Shown piece by piece: positions 8,128-18,012 of a stretch of 64,000 nt of DNA (position 1 is its first letter; each line of letters begins with the position of its first letter). The translations under genes and the position numbers were made by a program. The notes beneath the pieces were generated by a model. The model was not told where the DNA came from, did not search any database, and saw nothing but the letters and a program-made list of their open reading frames with translations. Location: the NCBI GenBank assembly GCA_043817155.1, contig JBDRHE010000087.1, forward strand, positions 983 to 64,982, in the 5' to 3' direction. The DNA is from Candidatus Omnitrophota bacterium (GTDB taxonomy: Bacteria > Omnitrophota > Gorgyraeia > JABMRN01 > RBG-13-46-9).

Positions 8128-9588
8128 ATGGAGAAAATGATGAGAAAGAGTATACGTTCTATTATAATAGCTATCCTAGTTATCTTAATCGGCTTTTTTG
8201 CCTTCAGACATTTGTTTGGAAATAAGCCAACCGAGAACCGAGAACCGAGAACCGAGAACCGAGTAGAGTATTACACCTGTGGAATGCATCCGAGTGTAAA
8301 GATCTCACCGGAGGCTTACGACAAGGGCAGCGTAAATTGCCCGATATGTAATATGAAATTAGTGCCCGTATATTCCGCCGAAGGCGGATCCGCCTATGAC
8401 GGAAAGGAGGCCAAAACGAACGGGGCATCTAGAGAAAAAAAGATACTCTTTTATCGTAATCCCATGAATCCGAACATTACATCAAAAGAATCGGCCAAGG
8501 ATGAGATGGGCATGGAGTATATTCCTGTATATGAAGAGGCTGAAGAAGGCGGCGAGTATTATGGATGCGGCATGGAGGGCGAAGAACATCAATTCCTGAT
8601 GAAAGATGTTGAAGCCATGGACTGCCCTATATGCGGTATGCCCCTTAAGAAATTATCAAAAGAAGAAGCGGACAAATTAAAAGGCGTAGTTAGCAGGGTG
8701 AAGTTAGGCGAAAAATTGGCGGCATCAACAGGGGTGAGGACAGGGCTTGTTAGAAAGCTACGATTATATAAAGTAATCCGCACGGTAGGCAGTGTCGCAT
8801 ATGATCCTGAGCTTGCGATTACTCAAGAAGAATTTATATCCAGCCTTCGAGCGTTAGATGAAATGAAGGAAGGCAATATTCCAGAAATCAAGGAAAGAGC
8901 TCTTAAGCTTGTAGAATCATCCAAGAGGAAACTGAGGCTTTTAGGTTTAAGCATTGAGCAGATAGAGAAACTGGAGAGCAAAAGAGAGGTACAGACGAAC
9001 CTAATACTTCCGGAAGAGAAGATGTGGATTTACGGTGACGTATATGAATATGAACTTTCCTGGGTAAAGAAAGATGCGAAGGTAAAAGTTACTACCTCAA
9101 GCCTCCCGGGGGAAGAATTTAATGGGATCATTTCATCGTTAAATCCTGTATTAGACCGAAAGACGCGCACAGTACGATTTCGGGCCGAGGTTGACAATCC
9201 GGGCTTAAGACTAATACCTGAGATGTATGTCGATGTAGCCATTACGAGCATGTACAAAGGACCGGAAGACGAAGATATGGTCTTAGCTATCCCTAAGGAA
9301 GCTATCCTGGATACAGGTGTACGGAGAATTGTGTGGATTGATAAGGGGAATGGAGAATACGAAGGCAGAAGAGTCGAAATAGGTCCAGAGGCTACTTCCT
9401 CTATAAGCGGAGAAGAAGCCAAGTTCTACCCTGTGTTAAAAGGTCTAAAAGAGGGCGATCTTGTAGTAACAAAAGCGAACTTTTTGGTAGATTCCCAGAG
9501 CCAGCTTACAGGGGCAGCGGCCGTGGCATACGGAGGGGCGATAGGAGTAGACGAGGACAAAGAACCGAAGGGATCGCATTCACATTAA
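8128..9588 (+). CDS. cusB: RND periplasmic adaptor, CusB family
   Basis: YTCGMHP..CPICNMKL, YRNPM..DEMGM and CPICGM metal motifs; TRT...PEMY MFP core. Confidence 0.9.
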   Translation: MEKMMRKSIRSIIIAILVILIGFFAFRHLFGNKPTENREPRTENRVEYYTCGMHPSVKISPEAYDKGSVNCPICNMKLVPVYSAEGGSAYDGKEAKTNGASREKKILFYRNPMNPNITSKESAKDEMGMEYIPVYEEAEEGGEYYGCGMEGEEHQFLMKDVEAMDCPICGMPLKKLSKEEADKLKGVVSRVKLGEKLAASTGVRTGLVRKLRLYKVIRTVGSVAYDPELAITQEEFISSLRALDEMKEGNIPEIKERALKLVESSKRKLRLLGLSIEQIEKLESKREVQTNLILPEEKMWIYGDVYEYELSWVKKDAKVKVTTSSLPGEEFNGIISSLNPVLDRKTRTVRFRAEVDNPGLRLIPEMYVDVAITSMYKGPEDEDMVLAIPKEAILDTGVRRIVWIDKGNGEYEGRRVEIGPEATSSISGEEAKFYPVLKGLKEGDLVVTKANFLVDSQSQLTGAAAVAYGGAIGVDEDKEPKGSHSH

Positions 9589-9594
9589 TGCGTT

Positions 9595-9653
9595 GCATTC
9601 AAGTCCCGGGCTTGTTTAAAGTGGTTTACCTAGAAAGCCCGGGACTTGAATGT
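9595..9653. repeat. Palindromic family C single hairpin
   Basis: Nearly identical to 1086-1133. Confidence 0.8.
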
Positions 9654-9684
9654 GAGCAAGCTCGGGATTATCGTTAATGTGAGA

Positions 9685-9727
9685 GGGGACAGTCCCCAGA
9701 GAAGGATTCCGGAGGGGGGACAGTCCC
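9685..9727. repeat. Two GGGGACAGTCCC palindromes (REP-like)
   Basis: Direct pair of short palindromes between cusB and cusA. Confidence 0.5.
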
Positions 9728-9760
9728 TATAGTGTTCGCAAAGACGAGTAAAAGGTAAAC

Positions 9761-12700
9761 ATGATCAACAAAATCATCGAAACATGTCTTAAAAATAGAT
9801 TTCTAGTTATAGCGGTATTTGTTTTTATTGTTGTATGGGGCTTCTCTTCCATGCAAGATATCCCTATTGACGCCATTCCTGATATAGGCGAACTGCAGGT
9901 CATAGTTTACGCAGATTGGCCAGGAAGGAGTCCCAGGGACGTGGAAGACCAGGTGATATACCCCTTGACAACAGGACTTATGGGTACTCCGGGTGTAAAA
10001 GTGGTGCGCTCTACATCGGCTTTTGGTTTTGGTATAGTTAATATGATCTTCAAAGACGGAACCGACTTCTATTGGGCAAGAACGCGTGTTTTGGAAAGGT
10101 TGGATTTCGCCAAAAAAGATGTGCCTAAGGATGTTAGTGTTACTTTAGGCCCCGATGCCACTGCATTAGGGCAGATATTCTGGTATACAGTTGAAGGCGA
10201 AGGATATGATCTGGCCCAGCTTCGCTCTATACAGGACTGGTATATACGTTATCAGTTAAATGCCGTAGAAGGAGTTTCGGAAGTAGCCTCCGTGGGCGGA
10301 TATGTTAAGCAGTATCAAATAGACGTAGATCCGAATAAGCTGCTTGCTTATGATATCAAGATCCATAAAGTTATGAGCGCTGTTCGGAGTTCTAATATCG
10401 ACGTAGGCGCTAAGGTCTTTGAGGAGGGCGGAGCGGAGTTTATTGTGCGGGGAATAGGGTTTATTAAAAATACGGAAGACATAGAAGACATAGTCATAGG
10501 TTCAAAAGAGGGTGTTCCTATTTATATCAAGAATGTAGCGAATGTAATAATAGGCGCGGATTTCAGGAGAGGCGCACTTGATAAAGCGGGAAAAGAGGTT
10601 ACGGGCGGTGTTATACTTATGCGTTATGGAGAAAACCCTCTTAAGGTAATAGAGCGCATAAAGAATAAAATGGGAGAACTATCAGTTGGATTGCCGAAAG
10701 GCGTAAAGATCATACCCTTTTACGATAGGACAGGTCTCATCTTACGGTCCATAGATACGCTAAAAGACGCCCTTATCCAGGAGATAATAATTACCGTACT
10801 AGTAATTATCATATTTTTACTCCATTTCTGGGGCAGTGTAGTTATAGCTATAGTTTTACCTATAGGGGTATTGATCTCCTTTATTCTGATGAAGCAGTAT
10901 GGTATAGACGCGAATATTATGTCTTTAGGAGGTATCGCGATAGCGATAGGTGTTATGGTAGATTCCGGCTGTGTTTTGGTTGAAAATATCTACAGAAGGA
11001 TTACGACCAGACGACTGGAACTGGGAGTAGAGCGTCTTAAACCCGATGAAAGATTAAATGTATGCATATCAGGAGCACAGGAAGTGGGAAAGCCTGTCTT
11101 ATTCGCATTGCTTACCACCATTATAGGATTTATGCCTGTTTTTGTCTTAACCGGCCAGGCAGGCAAGCTCTTCAGGCCTCTTGCCTTTACAAAGACATTC
11201 GCTATGATGGGGGCCGCTATGATCGCGCTTATGCTCCTTCCGACGCTCTGTTATTATTTTTTAAAAGGCAGGATGCGGCATGTTGACGATAATAAGACAG
11301 CCCAATTTCTATATAAAATATATAAACCTGCTATTAATTGGTCGCTAAAGCGCAAAAATATAGTAGTTTTTATTTCTATAGGAATTATAATAGCCGGACT
11401 ATTCTGCGCCTCTTTAATGAAACAAGAATTTATGCCTCCTCTAAACGAAGGCGATCTTTTATTTATGCCCGTCCTTCTGCCGGGCGCGTCGCTTACTCAG
11501 GTAATGGAGGTTATGAAAAAGCAGGATATTACAATTAAAAGTGAGTTTCCTGAGGTCGAATGGGCTGTCGGCAAACTCGGTCGTGCCGAAACATCTACAG
11601 ATCCCGCCCCTGTAACCATGATTGAGACGATTATTCATCTAAAGGATAAGAAGTTTTGGCGTAAAGGCATGACTAGAGAAAAACTTATTCGCCAGATACA
11701 AGAGAAGACCAAGATAGCCGGAGTTAGCCCCATAATGACGCAGCCTATAAGAAACAGGATCGATATGCTGGCTACGGGAATACAGACGCCGGTGGGCATA
11801 AAAGTTTTCGGAAAAGATTTAAGTACGATTGTTGAGGTGGCCACAGAGATAGAAAAAATTGTAAGCGGAGTGGAAGGAGCCGTGAGCCCATATGCCGAAC
11901 GCACGTCTAACAGGCCATACTTTGAGATCGAGATTGACAGAAAACAGGCGGCCAGGTACGGTGTTGAGATAGGTGACATACAGCATATTATTATGACCGC
12001 GATAGGAGGTATGAACCTAACCACAACTGTTGAAGGCAGAGAACGCTATCCGGTAAGGGTGAGATACTTAAGAGAATTGCGGGATAGTCCTGAAGCATTA
12101 AATAGGATATTTGTTCCCACGCCGCAAGGAGAGCATATTCCGTTAACCCAGGTTGCTCGGCTCAAGAAAGTCCCAGGTCCGGCCGTCATAAACTCCGAAA
12201 ATACACTTACATACGCAAGGATATTTGTTAACGTTGATCAAGATATTGTTGGATTGATAGATTTTGTTAACAATGCTCAAAATGCGGTAAAAGAGAAGAT
12301 AGACAGCGGTGAACTAAAACTTCCTCCGGGCTATTTTATCAGTTGGTCGGGACAGTTTGAGAGTGAGATGGAATCGAGAAAGAAGCTAATCCCATCGCTT
12401 ATAATTGCTTTATTCGTAATCATGATATTGCTTTACGTGGCATTTAAGAACTTTAGTACTCTTCTTATTCTAGCAACCGGCCTTCCCGTAGGACTTATGG
12501 GAGGCATAATTCTGCTGTTCTTCCTCAATTTTAAATTTTCCACAGCCGTATGGGTAGGCTTTATCGCTTTGTTCGGCGTAGCCACGGACAACGCAGTAGT
12601 ATTACTCTCTACGCTAGAAGACCTATTTAAGAAGAAGGTGCCCAAGTCCGTGGAAGATATACGTAAGACAGTTATAGAGGGTGGACTCTTACGAGTAAGA

Positions 12701-12895
12701 CCCGCTATGATGACCACAGTCACGACGATCATAGCGCTTATGCCTGTTATGCTATCGACCGGCACCGGCTCGGAGATCATGAAGCCTATGGCTGCTCCCA
12801 CGGTAGGCGGCCTAATAACAGCTACGCTGTCTAATCTGATTTTAGTTCCGGTTTTATACTGCTGGATGAAAGAGAGGCAGATAAGAAGCGGGTAA
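9761..12895 (+). CDS. cusA: Heavy-metal RND permease CusA
   Basis: IDAIPD, GPDATALGQ, EFMPPLNEGDLLFMP, RIDMLATG, RVRPAMMT. Confidence 0.95.
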   Translation: MINKIIETCLKNRFLVIAVFVFIVVWGFSSMQDIPIDAIPDIGELQVIVYADWPGRSPRDVEDQVIYPLTTGLMGTPGVKVVRSTSAFGFGIVNMIFKDGTDFYWARTRVLERLDFAKKDVPKDVSVTLGPDATALGQIFWYTVEGEGYDLAQLRSIQDWYIRYQLNAVEGVSEVASVGGYVKQYQIDVDPNKLLAYDIKIHKVMSAVRSSNIDVGAKVFEEGGAEFIVRGIGFIKNTEDIEDIVIGSKEGVPIYIKNVANVIIGADFRRGALDKAGKEVTGGVILMRYGENPLKVIERIKNKMGELSVGLPKGVKIIPFYDRTGLILRSIDTLKDALIQEIIITVLVIIIFLLHFWGSVVIAIVLPIGVLISFILMKQYGIDANIMSLGGIAIAIGVMVDSGCVLVENIYRRITTRRLELGVERLKPDERLNVCISGAQEVGKPVLFALLTTIIGFMPVFVLTGQAGKLFRPLAFTKTFAMMGAAMIALMLLPTLCYYFLKGRMRHVDDNKTAQFLYKIYKPAINWSLKRKNIVVFISIGIIIAGLFCASLMKQEFMPPLNEGDLLFMPVLLPGASLTQVMEVMKKQDITIKSEFPEVEWAVGKLGRAETSTDPAPVTMIETIIHLKDKKFWRKGMTREKLIRQIQEKTKIAGVSPIMTQPIRNRIDMLATGIQTPVGIKVFGKDLSTIVEVATEIEKIVSGVEGAVSPYAERTSNRPYFEIEIDRKQAARYGVEIGDIQHIIMTAIGGMNLTTTVEGRERYPVRVRYLRELRDSPEALNRIFVPTPQGEHIPLTQVARLKKVPGPAVINSENTLTYARIFVNVDQDIVGLIDFVNNAQNAVKEKIDSGELKLPPGYFISWSGQFESEMESRKKLIPSLIIALFVIMILLYVAFKNFSTLLILATGLPVGLMGGIILLFFLNFKFSTAVWVGFIALFGVATDNAVVLLSTLEDLFKKKVPKSVEDIRKTVIEGGLLRVRPAMMTTVTTIIALMPVMLSTGTGSEIMKPMAAPTVGGLITATLSNLILVPVLYCWMKERQIRSG

Positions 12896-12938
12896 TGCCT
12901 ATGTCAAAAGAGTTATCTCTCATTTTCGCACCCAACTC

Positions 12939-13018
12939 TGTCATTCCCATGAAAATGGGAATCCAGAGGTGAGTTTTCGAAGAGTTTACCCTGGATCCCC
13001 GCTTACGCGAGGATGACA
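12939..13018. repeat. Palindromic family B copy
   Basis: TGTCATTCCC...GGGAATCCAG...CTGGATCCCCGC..GGATGACA, followed by TGTGGGA as at 8100. Confidence 0.85.
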
Positions 13019-13052
13019 TGTGGGAAAATGTGTAAAAAAAAGGAAAAAAGAC

Positions 13053-13083
13053 TTGACATAATGATACTAATGTAGTATCATTA
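13053..13083 (+). promoter_or_regulatory. Promoter with perfect 11-bp inverted-repeat operator
   Basis: TTGACA-17 bp-TATCAT; TAATGATACTA-ATG-TAGTATCATTA. Confidence 0.8.
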
Positions 13084-13269
13084 AGGTGGATAAAGGTCCT
13101 TCGGCCTTTTGGGCCTAGGGATCTCCCGCCAATACTTACGTGTGGCGGGACCCCGCCATACGATAGTAACGGCGGGGAATTCGACCCTTCAAAGAAGAAG
13201 TTCACGGAAGATGGACTTACAAAAATTAGAGATTTTTGTAAGTCCAGGTCTCATTGAAAGGAGGTCAAT

Positions 13270-13353
13270 ATGTGGATTAGAACAAAATACATGTTAAGAG
13301 CAGTCGCGCATTGCAAAGAAGGCTGCAGTATGAGGTCCCTGGCACGACCTTAA
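13270..13353 (+). CDS. Putative 27-aa peptide MWIRTKYMLRAVAHCKEGCSMRSLARP
   Basis: Perfect SD GAAAGGAGGT, downstream of a promoter; below the ORF-track size cutoff. Confidence 0.5.
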   Translation: MWIRTKYMLRAVAHCKEGCSMRSLARP

Positions 13354-13371
13354 ACTGCCAATAGGCTAACG

Positions 13372-13409
13372 CGAAGGGAGGCTGCTTGGTAATATCTAGC
13401 CTCCCTTCG
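13372..13409 (+). terminator. Strong hairpin after the small ORF
   Basis: CGAAGGGAGGCT...AGCCTCCCTTCG; no U-tract. Confidence 0.4.
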
Positions 13410-13533
13410 GCATCTTAACCCGCCTACGTCCGCCGCGAAGAGCGGTGAGACTTCGGCGCGGTTTGCGCTTCACTGAAGTAAGAATAAAAATTATACAGGC
13501 GTAAGTCAGCGAAGCTTCAATATTGGAGGAGAC

Positions 13534-14394
13534 ATGGCTAAACGGAAGATAATAAAGATCGATGCGGATAAGTGTACAGGATGTAGCGAGTGCATACCCA
13601 ATTGTCCCGAGGGGGCGCTACAGATGATAGACGGTAAAGCATGCCTTGTAAGCGACCTCTTCTGCGACGGCCTGGGTGCATGCATAGGTCATTGTCCGCA
13701 AGGGGCCATTACAATCGAACAGAGAGATGCTGAAGCCTATGACGAAAAGAAGGTTATGGAGAATATTATAAAACAGGGTAAGAATGTTATAAAGGCGCAT
13801 CTGGAGCATCTAAAAGACCACAACCAAATGGAATTCTTGAGTCAAGCCATTGCGGTACTGGATGCCAAGGGGATAGATAACCCACTTAAGGCTAGCATGT
13901 GTCATGGGCCGGAAAAGCGTGGACAGTCAGGATGCCCGGGATCCAGGATGATGGACTTTACAAGAGCACAAGAGCACAAGAGCACAAGAGCACACGACAC
14001 AAAGCCAGAAGATACAAGGACCGGTTCGGGGTCGCAATTAGGGCAATGGCCCATACAGCTTATGCTCGTTCCGCCATTTGCACCCTATCTCGATAATGCC
14101 GACCTTCTTATCGCAGCCGATTGTGTTCCATTTGCATATGCAGATTTTCATAGTACCTTACTAAGGGGCAAGGTACTTATAATAGGTTGCCCGAAGCTCG
14201 ATGATTCGGCGTTCTACAAAGAGAAGATCGCAGAGATCATAAAGAACAATAATATGAAGTCTATTACATGCGCGCATATGGAAGTGCCTTGTTGTTTCGG
14301 CCTGGTGAATATTGTCAAATCGGCAATAGCGGATTCAGGAAAGGCTGTACCTTTTGAAGAGGTAACGATAACGGTAAAAGGGGATAAGATCTAA
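13534..14394 (+). CDS. 4Fe-4S ferredoxin-domain protein
   Basis: CTGCSECIPNCP, CDGLGACIGHCP, AADC, GCPKLD, MEVPCC. Confidence 0.85.
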   Translation: MAKRKIIKIDADKCTGCSECIPNCPEGALQMIDGKACLVSDLFCDGLGACIGHCPQGAITIEQRDAEAYDEKKVMENIIKQGKNVIKAHLEHLKDHNQMEFLSQAIAVLDAKGIDNPLKASMCHGPEKRGQSGCPGSRMMDFTRAQEHKSTRAHDTKPEDTRTGSGSQLGQWPIQLMLVPPFAPYLDNADLLIAADCVPFAYADFHSTLLRGKVLIIGCPKLDDSAFYKEKIAEIIKNNNMKSITCAHMEVPCCFGLVNIVKSAIADSGKAVPFEEVTITVKGDKI

Positions 14395-15116
14395 TGTCCT
14401 TTAAGAAGTGCCCGGGATCTCAAAAATTTAACCAGCCGCAACCGGAGATCATCGCCTGCGAATTTTGCAGGGCGGAGGTGGAGATATGGACGGACGAAGC
14501 GAAGGCGACCTGCCCAAAATGCAAAAAGACCATAATACGGGAAGGCGGGGCGAGCTGTCTTGACTGGTGCAAATATGCCAAGGAGTGCGTTGGGGATTCG
14601 ATTTATTCTAAATATATGAAGAATAAGGTGGCTACGTTAAAGGAGCTCCTTACAAAAGAGATGGAAGCCCATTTCGGAGAGGATGGGAAGAGGATAAATC
14701 ACGCAAAGTCGGTGCTAAGTTTCGCCGAAGAGTTGCTTACAAAGGAGAAGGCGGACTGGCATATCGTTGTTCCGGCAAGTATTCTGCATGATGTCGGGAT
14801 AAAAGCGGCTGAAGCCAAGTACAGTTCGGCAGCAGGCCACCATCAGGAGAAGGAAGGACCGGCCATCGCGAAGAAGATCCTTCTTAAGTTCGGATTCAAG
14901 AAGGAAGACATAGAAGAGATATGCGATATAATTGCGCGCCACCATACGCCCGGCAAGATAACGAGCATGAACTTTAAGGTTCTATATGATGCAGACTGGC
15001 TCGTTAATATAAAAGACGAAGTAGGCATAAAGGATAAGGATAAATCAAGAAGAGCCATAGATGCTGTATTTCTTACCAGGGCCGGGAAAGATATGGCAAA
15101 AGATCTTTATTTGTAG
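14394..15116 (+). CDS. HD-domain phosphohydrolase with Cys-rich N-terminal domain
   Basis: CEFC, CPKC, CLDWC; H...LHDVG...HH...DAD. Confidence 0.8.
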   Translation: MSFKKCPGSQKFNQPQPEIIACEFCRAEVEIWTDEAKATCPKCKKTIIREGGASCLDWCKYAKECVGDSIYSKYMKNKVATLKELLTKEMEAHFGEDGKRINHAKSVLSFAEELLTKEKADWHIVVPASILHDVGIKAAEAKYSSAAGHHQEKEGPAIAKKILLKFGFKKEDIEEICDIIARHHTPGKITSMNFKVLYDADWLVNIKDEVGIKDKDKSRRAIDAVFLTRAGKDMAKDLYL

Positions 15117-15158
15117 TAAGATAAATTGTTCCTAAAAGACATACAACGCACAGGTGGG

Positions 15159-15231
15159 CAGTAAGTAGCGAGTAGCAAGTAGAGAGTAGAGAGAGACTTT
15201 CTTGCTACTTGCTACTCTCTACTCGCTACTT
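15159..15231. repeat. Inverted heptamer array (AGTAG.. / ..CTACT)
   Basis: Nearly identical to 46130-46201. Confidence 0.8.
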
Positions 15232-15279
15232 AAAAGATTTGTGCCAAGCTGTTAAAAAAAATAACATAGGAGGGGAGAT

Positions 15280-15792
15280 ATGATAAGTAAGAAGATGACC
15301 AAGAGCATTAACGACCAAATAAACAAAGAACTCTATTCTGCCTACCTGTATCTGGGAATGGCTACCTTTGCGGCCGGGAAGGGCTTTCCGGGAGCCGCAA
15401 ACTGGTTCTCCGTTCAGGTGAAGGAAGAGATGACGCATGCAGAGAAGTTCTTCAATTACGTGAACCAGCAGGGTGAGCGTGTCCTGCTCGATGCAATAGA
15501 AAAGCCGCCCCAAGACTTTAAGTCGTTACTCAATTGTTTCGAAGAGACGCTAAAACATGAGAAGAAGGTAACAGGCCTCATTAACGACCTTGTAGATATC
15601 GCGAAGAAGGAGAAGGACCATGCGACAGAAGCGGCTCTGCAGTGGTTTGTATCAGAACAGGTGGAGGAAGAGTCGAGCGCCCAGGAGATCATTCAAAAAT
15701 TTAAGCTTATTGGTAACGACGGCAGTGGGCTTCCTACCATAGATAGTCAGCTAGCAACCAGGGTATTTACACCCTCGGTTGCAGGGGCATAG
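15280..15792 (+). CDS. ftnA: Non-heme ferritin
   Basis: [33 protein letters not shown]. Confidence 0.93.
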   Translation: MISKKMTKSINDQINKELYSAYLYLGMATFAAGKGFPGAANWFSVQVKEEMTHAEKFFNYVNQQGERVLLDAIEKPPQDFKSLLNCFEETLKHEKKVTGLINDLVDIAKKEKDHATEAALQWFVSEQVEEESSAQEIIQKFKLIGNDGSGLPTIDSQLATRVFTPSVAGA

Positions 15793-15833
15793 GGAGAGAC
15801 TTTCGAACCGACGAACTAAAATGGAGGTTAACA

Positions 15834-16055
15834 ATGAAGGAGAGAATAGAAGCTGCTTTAAATAAGGTAAGACCATCACTTCAAGCGGATGGCGGGAATG
15901 TAGAGCTTGTAGACGTTACAGCGGACGGGGTTGTTAAAGTTAAACTGACAGGGGCTTGCGGGAGCTGTCCCATGAGTCAGATGACACTTAAGATGGGGAT
16001 AGAGAAGGCCATTAAGAAAGAGGTTCCGGAGGTTAAAGAGGTTACAGCGGTATAA
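15834..16055 (+). CDS. Nfu/NifU C-terminal domain protein
   Basis: [10 protein letters not shown]...GACGSCP. Confidence 0.92.
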   Translation: MKERIEAALNKVRPSLQADGGNVELVDVTADGVVKVKLTGACGSCPMSQMTLKMGIEKAIKKEVPEVKEVTAV

Positions 16056-16072
16056 ATATAATAAAAGCAAGG

Positions 16073-16522
16073 GTGATGAGATTGAAGAAGAAAGAAGGAT
16101 TCTTAAAGAAACTTTCGCAGGCGATCGACGCGGAGAACACCTCCGCGATCTGTTACTGGCACCTTTCAGCATTGATCAAGAACGGAAAGAGCAAGAGTAA
16201 GCTTAAAGCATTCTCCACTACGTCCAAGGAGAACAAGGCATTGTTGCTTGAACGCCTTAAAGGTGAAGGTAAGGGAGATTTTGCCCTGGAGAAGGGATGT
16301 GAATTCTGCAAGATGGATCCCCAGGATCTATCCGTCATAGGAAGTGTCAACCTTGGACTCGAAATGACGAAGATCGCGGCAAAACTTTATAAGGATCTCC
16401 TGGCTTCAAGCAGGACAGGGGGCGATAGGTCTCTATTTAAAAGAATATTAAATACCAAGACAGATCAAAACAGGTTCCTGAGACGAGAGAAGAGTTTTGC
16501 TCCGGAAGCCCAAGAGGCTTAG
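16073..16522 (+). CDS. Hypothetical protein, possibly degenerate ferritin-like fold
   Basis: Helical pattern AIDAE...Y repeated twice, CEFC linker; operon context. Confidence 0.55.
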   Translation: MMRLKKKEGFLKKLSQAIDAENTSAICYWHLSALIKNGKSKSKLKAFSTTSKENKALLLERLKGEGKGDFALEKGCEFCKMDPQDLSVIGSVNLGLEMTKIAAKLYKDLLASSRTGGDRSLFKRILNTKTDQNRFLRREKSFAPEAQEA

Positions 16523-16583
16523 CTTCTTAAGGGAAAAGAATAGACTTGTACTAAATAAGAGCCCGGAAAGAGAGGCGCTAATA

Positions 16584-17771
16584 ATGTCAGCTATAAGGAT
16601 ATTGCCGGATGTATATTGGGTAGGCGCTGTCGACTGGAACATCAGAAATTTTCACGGACATACATATTCAACCAGGAGAGGCACAACCTATAATGCTTAT
16701 CTGATTATCGATGAAAAGATAACGCTTGTGGACACTGTACATGCACCTTTCAAGCAGGAACTTATCAACAATATAAAAGATGTGATCGATCCGTCAAAGA
16801 TCGAACATATTATTGTAAACCACGTAGAGCCGGACCATTCCGGCGCCCTTCCCGATATACTTAAGTACTCTCCGAAAGCCAAAGTTTTCGGCACGTCCAA
16901 GTGCAAGGATGGGCTCAAGAAACACTATTATGCTGATTGGGATTTCAACATAGTCAAGACAGGGGACAGGCTTAAGCTGGGCAAGAGGACGTTAAGTTTT
17001 ATTGAGGCACCCATGCTGCACTGGCCGGACAGCATGTTCAGTTATATTATAGAGGACGCTCTGCTCTTCCCGAATGACGCTTTCGGGCAACATTATGCTA
17101 CAAGCGAAAAATTCGATGACGAGGTGGATCAGGCAATATTGATGGATGAGGCTGCTAAATATTACGGCAATATTCTATGGCCCTTAAGTTCCCTGGTAGT
17201 AAGAAAGATAGTCGAAATACAGAATATGAATATTCCCATAAGGATGATAGCCCCCAGTCACGGGCTTATATGGAGAAGGGATCCAGGGTCGATCATAGGC
17301 GCGTATCTCTCCTGGGCGAAGAACGAGACCGCGAAGAAGGTTGTGATAGTATATGAGACGATGTGGAGGTCGACCGAGAAGATGGCCAGGTCGATCGCTG
17401 ATGGGCTGATCGATTCAGGGATCTCGGTCAAATTATTCGACATAAGCCAATCGGATCGAACTGAGATAATAAGGGAGATGCTTGACAGCAAGGGCTATAT
17501 AATAGGATCGTCAACCCACGATAACGGCATGCTTTCCAATATTGCGGGTTTCCTGGAGTTTTTTAAGGGGTTGAAACCGAAGAATAGGCTCGCAGGCGCA
17601 TTCGGTTCTTATGGTTGGGCAGGCGGGGCGGTAAAGTCTATAGAGAAGATATTAGAGGGTTTGGCGCTTGAGATCGCTGTGCCCTCTTTGAGCGTGAGAT
17701 ACGTCCCGGATGAGTCCGAAACAAGGCGCTCTTATGAATACGGAAAAGAGTTTGCGGAGAAGATAAAGTAA
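16584..17771 (+). CDS. fprA: Flavodiiron protein (O2/NO reductase)
   Basis: GTTYNAYLI, HVEPDHS, HWPDSM, DAFGQH, PSHG; flavodoxin domain. Confidence 0.94.
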   Translation: MSAIRILPDVYWVGAVDWNIRNFHGHTYSTRRGTTYNAYLIIDEKITLVDTVHAPFKQELINNIKDVIDPSKIEHIIVNHVEPDHSGALPDILKYSPKAKVFGTSKCKDGLKKHYYADWDFNIVKTGDRLKLGKRTLSFIEAPMLHWPDSMFSYIIEDALLFPNDAFGQHYATSEKFDDEVDQAILMDEAAKYYGNILWPLSSLVVRKIVEIQNMNIPIRMIAPSHGLIWRRDPGSIIGAYLSWAKNETAKKVVIVYETMWRSTEKMARSIADGLIDSGISVKLFDISQSDRTEIIREMLDSKGYIIGSSTHDNGMLSNIAGFLEFFKGLKPKNRLAGAFGSYGWAGGAVKSIEKILEGLALEIAVPSLSVRYVPDESETRRSYEYGKEFAEKIK

Positions 17772-18012
17772 TGGGTCCGGCTTCGATATTGCACATATAT
17801 ATTTCGATTACCCATCACTTATAAGAGGCGGGTACAATTTCGCCGTTATAAGGGCTTCCCAAAACAGGAGCGCCGCACATACCAAAAGAGTAGATCTTCT
17901 TTTGTAAATACTGCTTTACGGACATGGGGCCTTCAGGGCGATTAAACAGGGATCCTGTTCGGGATCTCAACAGGCGCTTTAGGGGGAATGTACAAGGATG
18001 TGAGGTAGAGAT

